In this document: piece by piece, positions 12,162-22,998 of the stretch
Numbering within the stretch: the stretch's first letter is position 1
How the letters are laid out: each line of letters starts with the position of its first letter
Assembly: GCF_964188315.1 (NCBI RefSeq)
Contig: NC_135668.1
Location: 9,362,001 to 9,426,000 of the forward strand
Reading direction: 5' to 3'
Source: Podarcis muralis
Lineage: Eukaryota
DNA length: 64,000 bases
Made by a program: the position numbers and the translations under genes
The notes under the pieces: generated by a model
Database searches by the model: none
What the model was told of the DNA's origin: nothing
The model's input: only the letters and a program-made list of their open reading frames with translations

Positions 12162-12382
12162 TATAGCAGAAAGAAATGCCCTAAGGCAACAGTCAAGATA
12201 GGGCCATCCTGTCAGATGAAAAAGGAGTTAAATGAGCTTATCATAAAGCGTAATAATCAAGGCTGGGCGGCAGTTATGTGAGGACATCCTGCACTGTGGC
12301 AAAACTCTACTCGATGTGAGACCTTTCAGTAGAGTCTTCCCTCCCAGGGCAATATCATTGCTATTTGTACATTTCTGAGAAC

Positions 12383-12762
12383 AATTCAAAGTGTTGGTGC
12401 TGACCTTTAAAGCCCTAAACAGCCTCGGTCCAGTATACCTGAAGGAGCATCTCCACCCCCATCGTTCAGCCCGGACACTGAGATCCAGCTCCGAGGGCCT
12501 TCTGGCGGTTGCCTCATTGCGAGAAGTGAGGTTACAGGGAACCAGGCAGAGGGCCTTCTCTGTAGTGGCGCCCGCCCTGTGGAATGCCCTCCCTTCAGAT
12601 GTGAAGGAAATAAGCAGCTATTTTCTCTTTAAAAGACATCTGAAGGCAGCCCTGTTTAGGGAAGTTTTTAATATTTAATGCTGTATTGTTTTTAACACTT
12701 GATTGGGAGCCGCCCAGAGTGGCTGGGGAAACTCAGCCAGATGGGCGGGGTATAAATAATAA

Positions 12763-12807
<45 letters not shown>

Positions 12808-12808
12808 T
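12383..12808 (+). mobile_element. L2-type LINE 3' fragment
   Basis: VLTFKALNSLGPVYLKE...RAFSVVAPALWNALP; (ATT)n tail. Confidence 0.85.
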
Positions 12809-13039
12809 AGTTTGCCATGTGTTACCCAATTAACTCCAAGTGACTTAAGCAAAAGGAACAAGACAACTCCTATAGCAGCCACAGGAAGTTTTTGGGCATA
12901 GTAATAACAAACAGTATTATTGTCTTAGTCAATCAAAAGCCTGGGGGAAAATATAAGTCTTTAAATGATGCCGAAAAGATGTCACGAAAGGTACCAGGCA
13001 CATAGCACCAATAGGGAGTCACAACTGAAAAGACCCTCT

Positions 13040-13400
13040 TCCTTGTCACCAGTATCCAAGCCTCCCTCAGAGGGGGTCCCTGGAGAAGAGTCTCAGAGGA
13101 AGGTCTAAGGCAGGCATAAGCAAACTTGGCCCTCCAGATGTTTTGAGACTACAGTTCCCATCATCCCTGACCACTGGTCTTGTTAACTATGGATGATGGG
13201 AATTGTAGTCCCAAAACATCTGGAGGACCGAGTTTGCCTGTGCCTGGTCGAAGGGTCCAGGTAGGTTTGTATCAGGAGAGATGTTCTAGAAGATACTGGG
13301 GTCCTGAGCCGTAAAGAGCTTTCAAGGTCAAAAACAGCACTTTTAATGGGGCTCGGAAGCATATGGGCAACCAGTGTAGTGTTCGCCTTGAGCCTGTCAA
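13040..13400 (-). mobile_element. Older L2 fragment interrupted by a MITE
   Basis: Minus frame resembles LHWLPICFRAPLKVLFLTLKALYGSGPQYL. Confidence 0.65.
13111..13246. mobile_element. hAT-Charlie-like palindromic MITE
   Basis: TSD gtctaagg/gtcgaagg; relative at about 35910-36045. Confidence 0.82.
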
Positions 13401-14280
13401 CAGTCACCGCTAATGCTGCCAGGCAAGTGTGGGGCACAGGGGGTTCGTGAGGTTGTGATGCGCCACCTGCCTGCCTGCCCACACAGGGGGAAGTCCATCT
13501 GGCAAGTCAATGCACCTTTGGTGGGTGCATCCCTCCAACGTTGGGTGGGCAGCCATTCGGTGAGTGGGTCAGGGGCACTGTGGCAAGACCAGGCTGGGCT
13601 CTAGGGCCCAGAAGGAGGTCGTCGTCTGGGCAGCCCAGGACATCCATCCACATTGCCCAGGCTTGCGGTTTGATTTCACCCTGGAGGCACACTCCATTAC
13701 CTCTCAAGACAGGACAGGTGCCAGCAATAAGGTTACTGCTGCTGGGATGAATATAGTCTCTTCACACAAGGCGTATGGTTTACTCAATACAAACACAGTA
13801 TCGCCAGGAATTCTGTGTTGTTTGGGAAAAATAAAGCTTTTGTCAGTACCAACCTCCTATCTTTCCACACCAATACCACTTTCCTGCTCTGAATCTCCCT
13901 TTCAAAATTACCGACAGATTGAGAGTGGCATTCTATATTAAAATAACTTCCTGTTGCCATCATTTTTCTAAGCAGTTTATTCCCAACTCACCTATTTCCC
14001 AGAAATAATGTGTTTCAAGGAGCTATTGTTTTTCTACCACCCTATCTCATTAGGCATCTTTGCCGTCCTGGCTGATAACTGCCACTCACCAACTGTTTTC
14101 CTCTTCCAGAAGATTCCATCTGTGTTCCGGTGAAATTATTTGCTCTCAGATCCAGCCATCAGGCTCTACAGACGAGATCAAAGCTTAATTTCCATCAAAA
14201 CAGGCCTGTTTTTATTCTTTCCTCATCATTGCTGTCCAATTCCTTTATACTGTATAACCAGAAATCTCTCTCACATGGTA

Positions 14281-14339
14281 TCCATGGTCAATAATTACTG
14301 ATGTATGCTTCTCCATGGTCAATAATTACTGATGTATGC
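14281..14339. repeat. Short tandem duplication (28-bp unit x2)
   Basis: tccatggtcaataattactgatgtatgc at 14281-14308 and 14312-14339. Confidence 0.92.
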
Positions 14340-14484
14340 AGGAAAAAAATCCACTTTTGCCTTGCATGTGATAAGGTGTTCGAAAAACATATTTATAATC
14401 TTGGTAAAATCAGTTGTTTACCATCAGTTCGATTCCCTCTCCACTCTGGAACTGTGGATGTTGGCCCAGAATATGCTTTTGTGG

Positions 14485-14640
14485 GTTATATGGTCTGTTA
14501 AAACAACCACGAGTCTTATGACACCTTAAAGGCTAACACGTTTATTATGGTATAACATTTCATGGTCTACAGTCTAGTTCATCAGATGATCCTGAGTAAT
14601 AGGTGTATATATACACAAGCACACAGCAATTTCACATTGC
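14485..14640. mobile_element. Penelope-like terminal fragment (tentative)
   Basis: gagtcttatgacaccttaaaggctaac...ttcatcagatg resembles reptile Penelope ends as recalled. Confidence 0.45.
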
Positions 14641-14977
14641 AGTCTTCCTTTGATGTTCCTTTGTCCTAGGGTGGCTACTTTTAGATCATATAGAGTCTCC
14701 AGGAAGGTAGACATGTTCCCCTACTTGCTTTTGAACACTGCCATTTCTGATGTTAGATTTGCGATCATTTATTCTTTCACAGAAGGAATGGCCTGTCAAG
14801 GGAGAATGCATATGGGAATATAGCTTCTTGCTTGGGGTGTGTTTAGAAACCTGTGTCTGGAATGCAGCCTATTGCAAAAGGTAAAAATCCCATCCATTGC
14901 CCATCCCACATTTACCCCTTCAGAATGATCAAAGTGTTTCTGATTGGTCCTGCCTTCTTCTGGAAGAAGAGTTAATC

Positions 14978-15227
14978 TAGGGGTCAGCAACCTAAGGCCC
15001 ATGGGCCACAAGCGGCCCACGAACCACCCCCAAACCAAGCGGCCTGCTTGGCTAAAGTGGCGCAACACAGCACAGCGACTTGCTTCCGCGGCACTGGAAA
15101 TTATGTCTGCGCATGTGCCGGAAATTGCATCTGTGCAGATGCAGGTAATCGCAGGCACTCACACACACCCGGAGGAATCTCCGCTGGATTGAACCGGCCC
15201 AGGCGAGGTAAACCTTGCCAACCCCTG
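14978..15227. mobile_element. hAT MITE
   Basis: TIR (C/T)AGGGGT..GCAA; 8-bp TSD agttaatc. Confidence 0.85.
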
Positions 15228-15799
15228 AGTTAATCCTTTGCTGTCAGCTCCCCTCTTCTACAGGCCAAGAATTACGGTATTTATCATAAGCAGAAAGCAG
15301 TGAGAGTTTGCTTTGTTCTGAGCTATGCAGTTTGTTTTTAGTTTCGTTTTAATTTTTTTTAAAAAGTTACAGTTGCTACATATGGGCAACAAGCATCTTT
15401 TACTTATCTTCTTTTTCACTCAAAGAGTTATCTGGGACGCGCCCCCCCCCCCAAGTCATGCAACGCATTTTGAGACATTGGGATTTGAGTTCTGATACAG
15501 ATATAATTTGAGGCCTATTTTGTGAAGGGAGTACAGTGTGATTTACAATCTCTCTCCTTATTTTGATTCTTAAAGCTCACTTTTAAGTGCAATTGTGTAA
15601 TGAGAGGACAAATATAACGCTCCTTATGATTAGAACATGTTTGTGAAGATCTGCTGATGGATGTGATCTTGCATTTTGTATGCAATCCTGTTTACACTTA
15701 CCAAGGATAAGGCCTATTTAACATAATAGGACTTACTTATGAGTAAACATGTGTGGGCATGCCCTGGAAAACCAATAAATCAAGACCACCAACTGTTAC

Positions 15800-16640
15800 A
15801 AAAGGAAATTTTGGTAGAAGTACTTTATTAAGAATTTAATAAATGCCAATACTAATAGCATTACAAGTTACATTCCAGACAGGCCAAATGAGAAACTAAT
15901 TCGTAGTCAAAAGTGTGAAATATATAGAATACTCAGAGTAGACCCACTGAAATTAATGGACCAAAGTTACTAAAGTCCAATAACTTTAATGGCTCTATTC
16001 AAAGTACAACTAGTACATGATGCAACCCAGAAGCCTTTCTACTTGCTTCTTTTTGGAAAGATTCAAATTCCTACAGTATAATGAGAAGGATGGGAAGGAT
16101 TGTGTCGATGAACACTTTTATTGCGTGTAAATAATGTTGTCTTGTCTTTTACTCTTTTGACTTCGTATCTATTTCTTTATTTTTTCCTCTTTTTCGTTCC
16201 TTTAGAAATTTTCTACATCATTTTCTTTTTCTTCATATGTAAAGAGATAGCATATGTTTGTACAGATATGTAAGTTTTTAATCAATAAAGAATTTTTTTT
16301 TTTTAAATCCTGGAAGATTTTGCTGATAGAAGTATTTGAAAAATCAACAGAAGGTTACTTTTTTTTTTTTTATGAAGCCACACTGCAAATCACTGAATGT
16401 TACAATAAATGCATGACTGATCAGATTTCCGAGGCCATCTTCAATTGTCTGCCTACAGTGGACACACATATATGAAAGCCCACATCATACACTTCAAAGT
16501 CGCAAGCACGGCCCATCAGCAGGTCTTGATGTATGCGGTTCATGATGGAAAACTATCCAGAAAGCTATAAAATCAGTAGAAAAGCAGGAACAGCGCCGGA
16601 AGAATGTTCAAGGAGCAATAAAAATTCAGGCTCTTTGGAC
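15800..16640 (-). other. B2M: Probable B2M terminal 3'UTR exon
   Basis: Strong acceptor ttttctctccag|GTCC at 16640; AATAAA at about 16117 and 15824-15829, the latter followed by U-rich sequence. The assignment to B2M is inferred. Confidence 0.5.
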
Positions 16641-16987
16641 CTGGAGAGAAAAAACATAAAACCAACTTTTATACTGACTCATGTGGGGAAAAAATCAAAT
16701 GCTGCCAAACTACAATTAACCTCAATGTGGTCTTGAGCTTCATTATTGCAACCTAATCTTGCCTGTTAGTGGCAAGGGAAAGCAGAAGAGATATATAGAA
16801 GTGCACTTTGAACAGTGAGAAATATTGGGAGAGCTGGCTAGGGGCTGAGCTGCAAATCCAGAAATCTCTTGGTTCATCAGGAACTCACTGAGTGGCCTTG
16901 ACCAAGTCACACACCCCCCTCTCTTAGTCTCAAGCCCCTCCCCTCCACCCCAATATAGGCAGCAATACTGATTTCAGAAGGGTTGGG

Positions 16988-17120
16988 GAGCATGTGGTGT
17001 AGTGGCTAGAGTGTTGGACTAGGGTCTGGCAGTTCAGGGTTCGAATTCCCAAATCAGCCAAGAGCCTTGCTGGGTGAGATTGGGCTAGGCATGGGCCTTC
17101 TGGCAGTTCCCTCACTGTAA
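16988..17120 (+). mobile_element. MIR-like tRNA-derived SINE
   Basis: A box gtgtagtggctagag and B box ggttcgaattcc; related copies at about 44790-45010 (-) and 58993-59165 (+). Confidence 0.65.
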
Positions 17121-17121
17121 A

Positions 17122-17378
17122 AAGTGAGGTTGCAGAGGGCCTTCTCGGTGGTGGCGCCCGCCCTGTGGAACGCCCTCCCATCAGATGTCAAGGAAATAAG
17201 CAGGTATCTGACTTTTAGAACACATCTGAAGACAGCCCTGTTTAGGGAAGTTTTTAATGTTTGGTTTTTTATCGTGTTTTTAATATTCTGTTGGGAGCTG
17301 CCCAGAGAGGCTGGGGAAACCCAGCCAGACAGGTGGGGTATAAACAATAAATTATTATTATTATTATCATCATCATCA
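17122..17378 (+). mobile_element. L2 3' fragment
   Basis: Same family as the 12383 copy. Confidence 0.85.
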
Positions 17379-18325
17379 TCCCAGCCTAAACTACCTCATA
17401 GGACTGAGGATAAAATGGGAGCAGAGGCAGAGAAGCATGCATGTTACCTCGCGTTCCTTGGGTGGGGGGAGGGAGGTGGGATATACATGAAATAATAAAA
17501 TAAAAACGGTGTTGGACTTTAGGGGAGAAGTTCATCCTTGCATGTATTTGTTTTCCTGTTCCCTTCGTATCATGCCTTTTTGTATGACTGTGGGGCAAGG
17601 CTGCTTTGCTCTTCTGTCGCAAACTACAAGGAGTGGCCTTTTTACACAGTGGGAAATGCTAGGTTTCATATACCGCCTCCCCCCAAGGGAATGACACAGT
17701 GGTTGTAGATGGGGCCATAGGAAGTTCAGCACACATTCAATATAACCCTTGTGGTGGGTACATTTTATGGTTTGCATTCATTTTTAAAAACCAGTCTGTT
17801 CCTTACTGCTAAGAGTCATCTGTGTGGAACTGTATATATAGTTCCGGACTCCCGTCCGCAACATGAGCAGAACACAACCCGCGTCTGTGCGGGTCGCAAT
17901 TCACCGCGTCTGCGGCGTGCGCATAACGTCATTTTGCGCATCTGCGCATGCGCAAGTGGCAAAACCCGGAAGTAACCCTTTCCGGTACTTCCAGGTCGCC
18001 GCTGGACACAACCTGAAAAAATGTATCAAGAAGCAAACGCAACACGAAGTATGACTGTAGTGTTATGTTACCACACCATAACAGTAAAATATCATTCGTA
18101 TTATGACGTTATAATCCACCAATGCTGATTTTTTTAAAATAGTTTGCTGCCGCCGCATCCCCCACCCCACCCAAAAAAACACCCACCAACAGTTTCTGGT
18201 CATTTATCAATACAGTTGCCAGTGACCAAAAAGCTATTTTTAAAGAAATCATTTAAAATCAACACTGAAAGGATTTGGTTGGTACTGTCATCCATGTTGT
18301 AGCATGCCCAACCCAACTCACTGGG

Positions 18326-18590
18326 AGAAGTGAAGTTACAGGGAACCAGGCAGAGGGCCTTCTCGGTAGTGGCGCCCGCCCTGTGGAACGCCCTCCCATC
18401 AGATGTCAAGGAAATATACAACTATCTGACTTTTAGAAGACATCTGAAGGCAACCCTGTATTGGGAATTTTTTAACGTCTAATGTTTTACCATTTTTTAT
18501 GTGCCGTAAGCCACCCAGAGTGGCTGGGGAAACTCAGCTAGATGGGCCGGATATACATAATAAAATTATTATTAATTTATTATTATTATT
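18326..18590 (+). mobile_element. L2 3' fragment
   Basis: Same family. Confidence 0.85.
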
Positions 18591-20702
18591 AGTATACATA
18601 GGCAGGCTGAAAATTATGTGCTGCGGCAAGTGCAACAAAATGGCTGCCTGCCAACCTCCTCCTTCCTCCTATTGCATAAACAGGAAATGTGGCTGAGGAG
18701 GAGGGAGAGAGGGCAGCAGTAGAGGCAGTTATATTGTGCCTCTCCCTGAGAAAAGATCAAGGTTGAGCGGGAGAGCATGAGATGCAAGGGAAAACTAGCT
18801 GTGTACAACCGGTGGTGTGTCAGGATGGGGAGGACAGTAAAGAGGAGTACATATGGTTGGGGGGGATAGGGTCATAGCCATCCTGCTTTGCATGCAGAAT
18901 TCCCCAGGTTCAACCCCAGACATTTCCTGGCAGGGCTGGGGGAAGACCCCTAGAGAGCTGGCAGTCAGTGTAAATGATGCTAAGCTAGATGCACCAATGG
19001 GATGACTCACTAATCAGTTTTGCATTATACCCCACGGGGGTATAATATGTTCAATAGGATATTCATCACAGTGGCTGCTCCCCCTGACCTGAATGCTGAT
19101 TAAAAGACTTGAGGGTTCGCCCAGCACATCAGAAGTTAAGAGAGAGGTTTGGGGCTCTGAGGGCTTCCCACGTTCTCATTTACACTGCCCAGCAGATTTC
19201 AGATTCTCACAGCATTCTACAGTCTTTCTTTCCTTATGATTGTAACCAGAAAAAAATATTTTAGCAATAAGCAATTCCTTTGGGGGAGAAACCACCCACA
19301 AAAGCAAGGTGGCACCCACAGTAAAAGTTCTAACAAATGTGTGCTGAGCTGTGATAGATTCAGTTTCCTGATATACGTCCAAGACTGACTCTTGAATAAA
19401 AGTCAGAAGAGTGGCCCAAAGGGCATCTGCACTGAAGAATATTGTGCTACTCTTCTGTTCCTTCTGAAAAAAGTTGGGCTTTAGGCCCTTTGAGAAAAAG
19501 AGTCATGGGGAAAATACAAAACAGACTGGGTGCTTTTGGTGTGTGGATGCCTTGTATGAAGGGAACAAAGCACAGCAATTCCACACTAAGGCTCCAATCT
19601 GAACTCTTTACCTGAGAGTAAGTCCCACTGAATTCAACAGGAGTTACTTCTGAGTATACATGGTTAGGATTACACTATAAATGCCTAACATGGAAGCACT
19701 GAAGAAGCCTTGTGCCCCCCACCTAAAGTTAAGCTTTTGAACCCCCAGCATTTTGAAATAATTATTATATATTAAAATGTGTTGTATTCAGCTTTTTATT
19801 TAACTCAGAGTAGCTACAATGAAATAGCTACGGCTAACTTTGCTCCATGAATTTGAATGGGTCCACTCTTGAGTATAAGCTAGCTGAATAGAACTATTTT
19901 ATTAATTTATGAATCACCTTTCATGAGAGTTTCAAGGTGACGTACAGTAATGGAACAGCTAAAAACAGATTCAAAAGCAATACAATACCCCCTCACGCAC
20001 TATAAAGACATATTTTTAAACAATGTGAGGAAAGGGGGCAACAATAGTCTTTGATTTCTCCACAAAGTATCATCACAAGGGGTAAAGCTATGTTATAGTA
20101 AGACACTCGAAGGCAGAGTTCTGGAAAAAAACTGGTCTTGCAAATTTGTGGAGAATCTGGCATTACATGGCACTGATTGGCTAGTACCTCAGATGTCACA
20201 AACCCACCTACCCTCAATCTCTAGAGCAGTTTGGCCATCTGAAAAAGCTTCCATATTTCCTCAATTCAGACCAACCAACCAACCCCCTCTGACAAATAAA
20301 TGACTGGATGGCAATTCAATTTTTAAAAATACAAATAAAGGCAAAAAGCCCACTGGAATAGTGAAGTGGGGCAGATGGTGGGCCAAACCAAAGATCGATT
20401 CGCTGCCAGCTACATCCATCACAGTAATTGCAACTGGGAGTAAAAGATATGGCTGAAGAATTAGGTGCAAGTTCCTTTTCATATTATATCTGTTTTCACC
20501 CACAGTTTATAACTAGTCCAACACAAAATTGATCGATTTGTCCCTTATGAGAAAGGAAAGGTATTTCTTTAAATAAATAAAAAATCACATTATCATTCAT
20601 TAGTTATTTTTGTAAAATAACTGCACTTTTGTAAAAAGTGACGATTAAATTAAATAATAATCATTTTTGTCTTACCTTTCCTGCTGAGGGGTCATTTGGT
20701 TA

Positions 20703-20713
20703 TTACTCTTGAT
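20703..20713 (-). CDS. B2M: Beta-2-microglobulin exon 3 coding part (DQE-stop; whole exon 20676-20713)
   Basis: tctacag|AT CAA GAG TAA...GAAAG|gtaaga. A short stop-containing exon followed by a 3'UTR intron, as in other B2M genes. Confidence 0.9.
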
Positions 20714-21039
20714 CTGTAGAAGAAGAAAACAAGATAAGCGTCTCTCGGACATAAATTGGTCCAATATTTTAGGACAGTGTTAATATGAAGCACCTACAGA
20801 TTTCTTGCAACTTGCTGAAAGATTATGGTCAATGAATGTCTACTGCTCTTACAACGGATGACTAGGCGTTCATGACTACTTGTAGCAACGTACAGATGCA
20901 AATCTTAGCCTGTGAACGTCATCTGAAGATAGGTGTTTTCTGGAGGGACTACAGATGGCAGAGCACAGCTGTTCATGTTTCAAGACTTGACAAGAAAAAG
21001 AAAGGGAAGAGAAAGAAGACCACAGTGGCAGATACTCAC

Positions 21040-21315
21040 CCCATTTGACAACTTTTGGTTCAACAAGGGTGCTGTGTTCCACTCTGCAGGCAACATCTTC
21101 CCCATCTGGAGTGACCTTGGCATAGACAAGGCGATTGAAGGCCCAGGTTTTATCAAAAGAAAGGTCAGACTGTTTCACATCTTCAAGTGGCTTCCCACCC
21201 TTCTCAATTGTGATGTTGATTTTGGGAGGGTGGAAGTTGTCCACGTAGCAATTCACAATGTTTTCTTTGCCCTTCTCCACAGGATAGCGGGAATAAACTT
21301 GTACGTTGGGAGTTC
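21040..21315 (-). CDS. B2M: Beta-2-microglobulin exon 2 (Ig C1 domain)
   Basis: TPNVQVYSRYP...NCYVDNFHPPKI...SDLSFDKTWAF...ACRVEHSTL.EPKVVKW; ctacag| acceptor and |gtgagt donor. Confidence 0.97.
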
Positions 21316-21471
21316 CTGTAGGAATGGGTGAAAGAGGTAAAAAAGGCAAGGTTTAGGGATACAGGTTATCATCTGCCATGCTTTATTAGCTGTGCACTCA
21401 AGGGCTATATCCAACCTAGGAGATAAATTTCCTACCTGAACATTGCTTCCATACAAGAAGCTGCATGTATA

Positions 21472-21687
21472 CAGTGGTACCTCGGGTTACAGACGCTTCA
21501 AGGTCACAGACTCCGCTAACCCAGAAATAGTACCTCAGGTTAAGAACTTTGCTTCAGAATGAGAACAGAAATTGTGCGGCAGCGGCAAGAGGCCCCATTA
21601 GCTAAAGTGGTGCTTCAGGTTAAGAACAGTTTCAGGTTAAGAATGGACCTCCAGAACGAATTAAGTTCTTAACCTGAGGTACCACTG
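21472..21687 (+). mobile_element. Tigger-like (Tc1/mariner) MITE
   Basis: TIR CAGTGGTACCTC, TA TSD. Confidence 0.9.
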
Positions 21688-21925
21688 TACTGCCAGAGAC
21701 TGAAATAGCCCATGTGCCCATTTTGCTACATACACATAAAACAGGAGCCCACTAGTCCAAGGTAATACCTGGTTTTCAACATCTAAACATCACGGTTTAA
21801 CAATTTATCACTATGTTTGAAAGAAGGGTGGAGAAGCAGAGTCACTGGCTGGCTTAACGGATTTCCCCGCATAGTGATTTTTTTGCTGGTGCCTGCTCCT
21901 GTGATTTGCTGTCCCCTGCCATGTA

Positions 21926-22156
21926 CAGTGGTACCTCAGGTTACATACGCTTCAGGTTACAGACTCCGCTAACCCAGAAATAGTGCTTCAGGTTAAGAAC
22001 TTTGCTTCAGGATAAGAACAGAAATCGTGCTCCGGCAGTGCGGCAGGGCAGCAGCAGGAGGCCCCATTAGCTAAAGTGGTGCTTCAGGTTAAGAACAGTT
22101 TCAGGTTAAGAACAGACCTCCGGAACGAATTAAGTACTTCACCTGAGGTACCACTG
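21926..22156 (+). mobile_element. Tigger-like MITE
   Basis: Same TIR and TA TSD. Confidence 0.9.
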
Positions 22157-22742
22157 TATTTGACTTTCTGTGGATACATACAAGTGTCTTTCTAGCCTTA
22201 CCTGTCCTGGAGGTGCCATGCATTGAATGTAGAACGTTCAGCATGCAAAGCAGAACTGCCCTGCCGCCCTTCTCCAGAACTGTGAAATCTGTGGTCCTCT
22301 ACATTTTGTTGGACTACAACTCCAATCAACCTGGATCACTACACACGGAGGGCCACAAGTTTCCTATTCCTGCTCTATGCCATTCATCTCCCCCTACTGG
22401 GTTGCAGCCTAATGTAAAGGTGGTTCACAACAGCACTCTACCAGTGTACTAATATACAATAAAAAGAGGGGGTCCCCAAATGCATGTTTTGGGGTTAAAC
22501 TAAAGACGTCCTAAAGGTAGGTTCCGGGCCTGAAAACCCAGAAGATTGCTGCGTACGTAACTAGGAGAAAAGGGAAATAAAAAGTGAAAGCAACATTTGA
22601 TCTGCACTCATAAAAGACCAAGACGCCATTTCACTTGCTTGTCTAGCTGCATGTGATAGTAATGAAAACAGAACTGGTCAAAGGCCAATGACTAGTCAGA
22701 AAGTCCCTGGAAATGAGCCAGCAAGGGGCAATGGATAAATTA

Positions 22743-22998
22743 CCGTATTTTTCGCTCTATAAGACGCACCAGACCACAAGACGCACCTAGTTTTTGGAGG
22801 AGGAAAACAAGAAAAAAAATATTCTGAATCTCAGAAGCCAGAACAGCAAGAGGGATCGCTGCACAGTGAAAGCAGCAATCCCTCTTGCTGTTCTGGCTTC
22901 TGCATTCTGGCAGCCTGCATTCACTCCATAAGACACACACACATTTCCCCTTACTTTTTAGGAGGGGAAAAGTGAGTCTTATAGAGCAAAAAATACGG
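22743..22998 (+). mobile_element. Tc2-like MITE (short form)
   Basis: TIR CCGTATTTTTCGCTCTATAAGAC, TA TSD. Confidence 0.88.

Noticed and set aside
19024-19046. 10-bp hairpin attatacccc-acg-ggggtataat (and an 8-bp one at about 25701-25719)
   Set aside because: Too short for a pre-miRNA, with no Helitron end context; plausible by chance.
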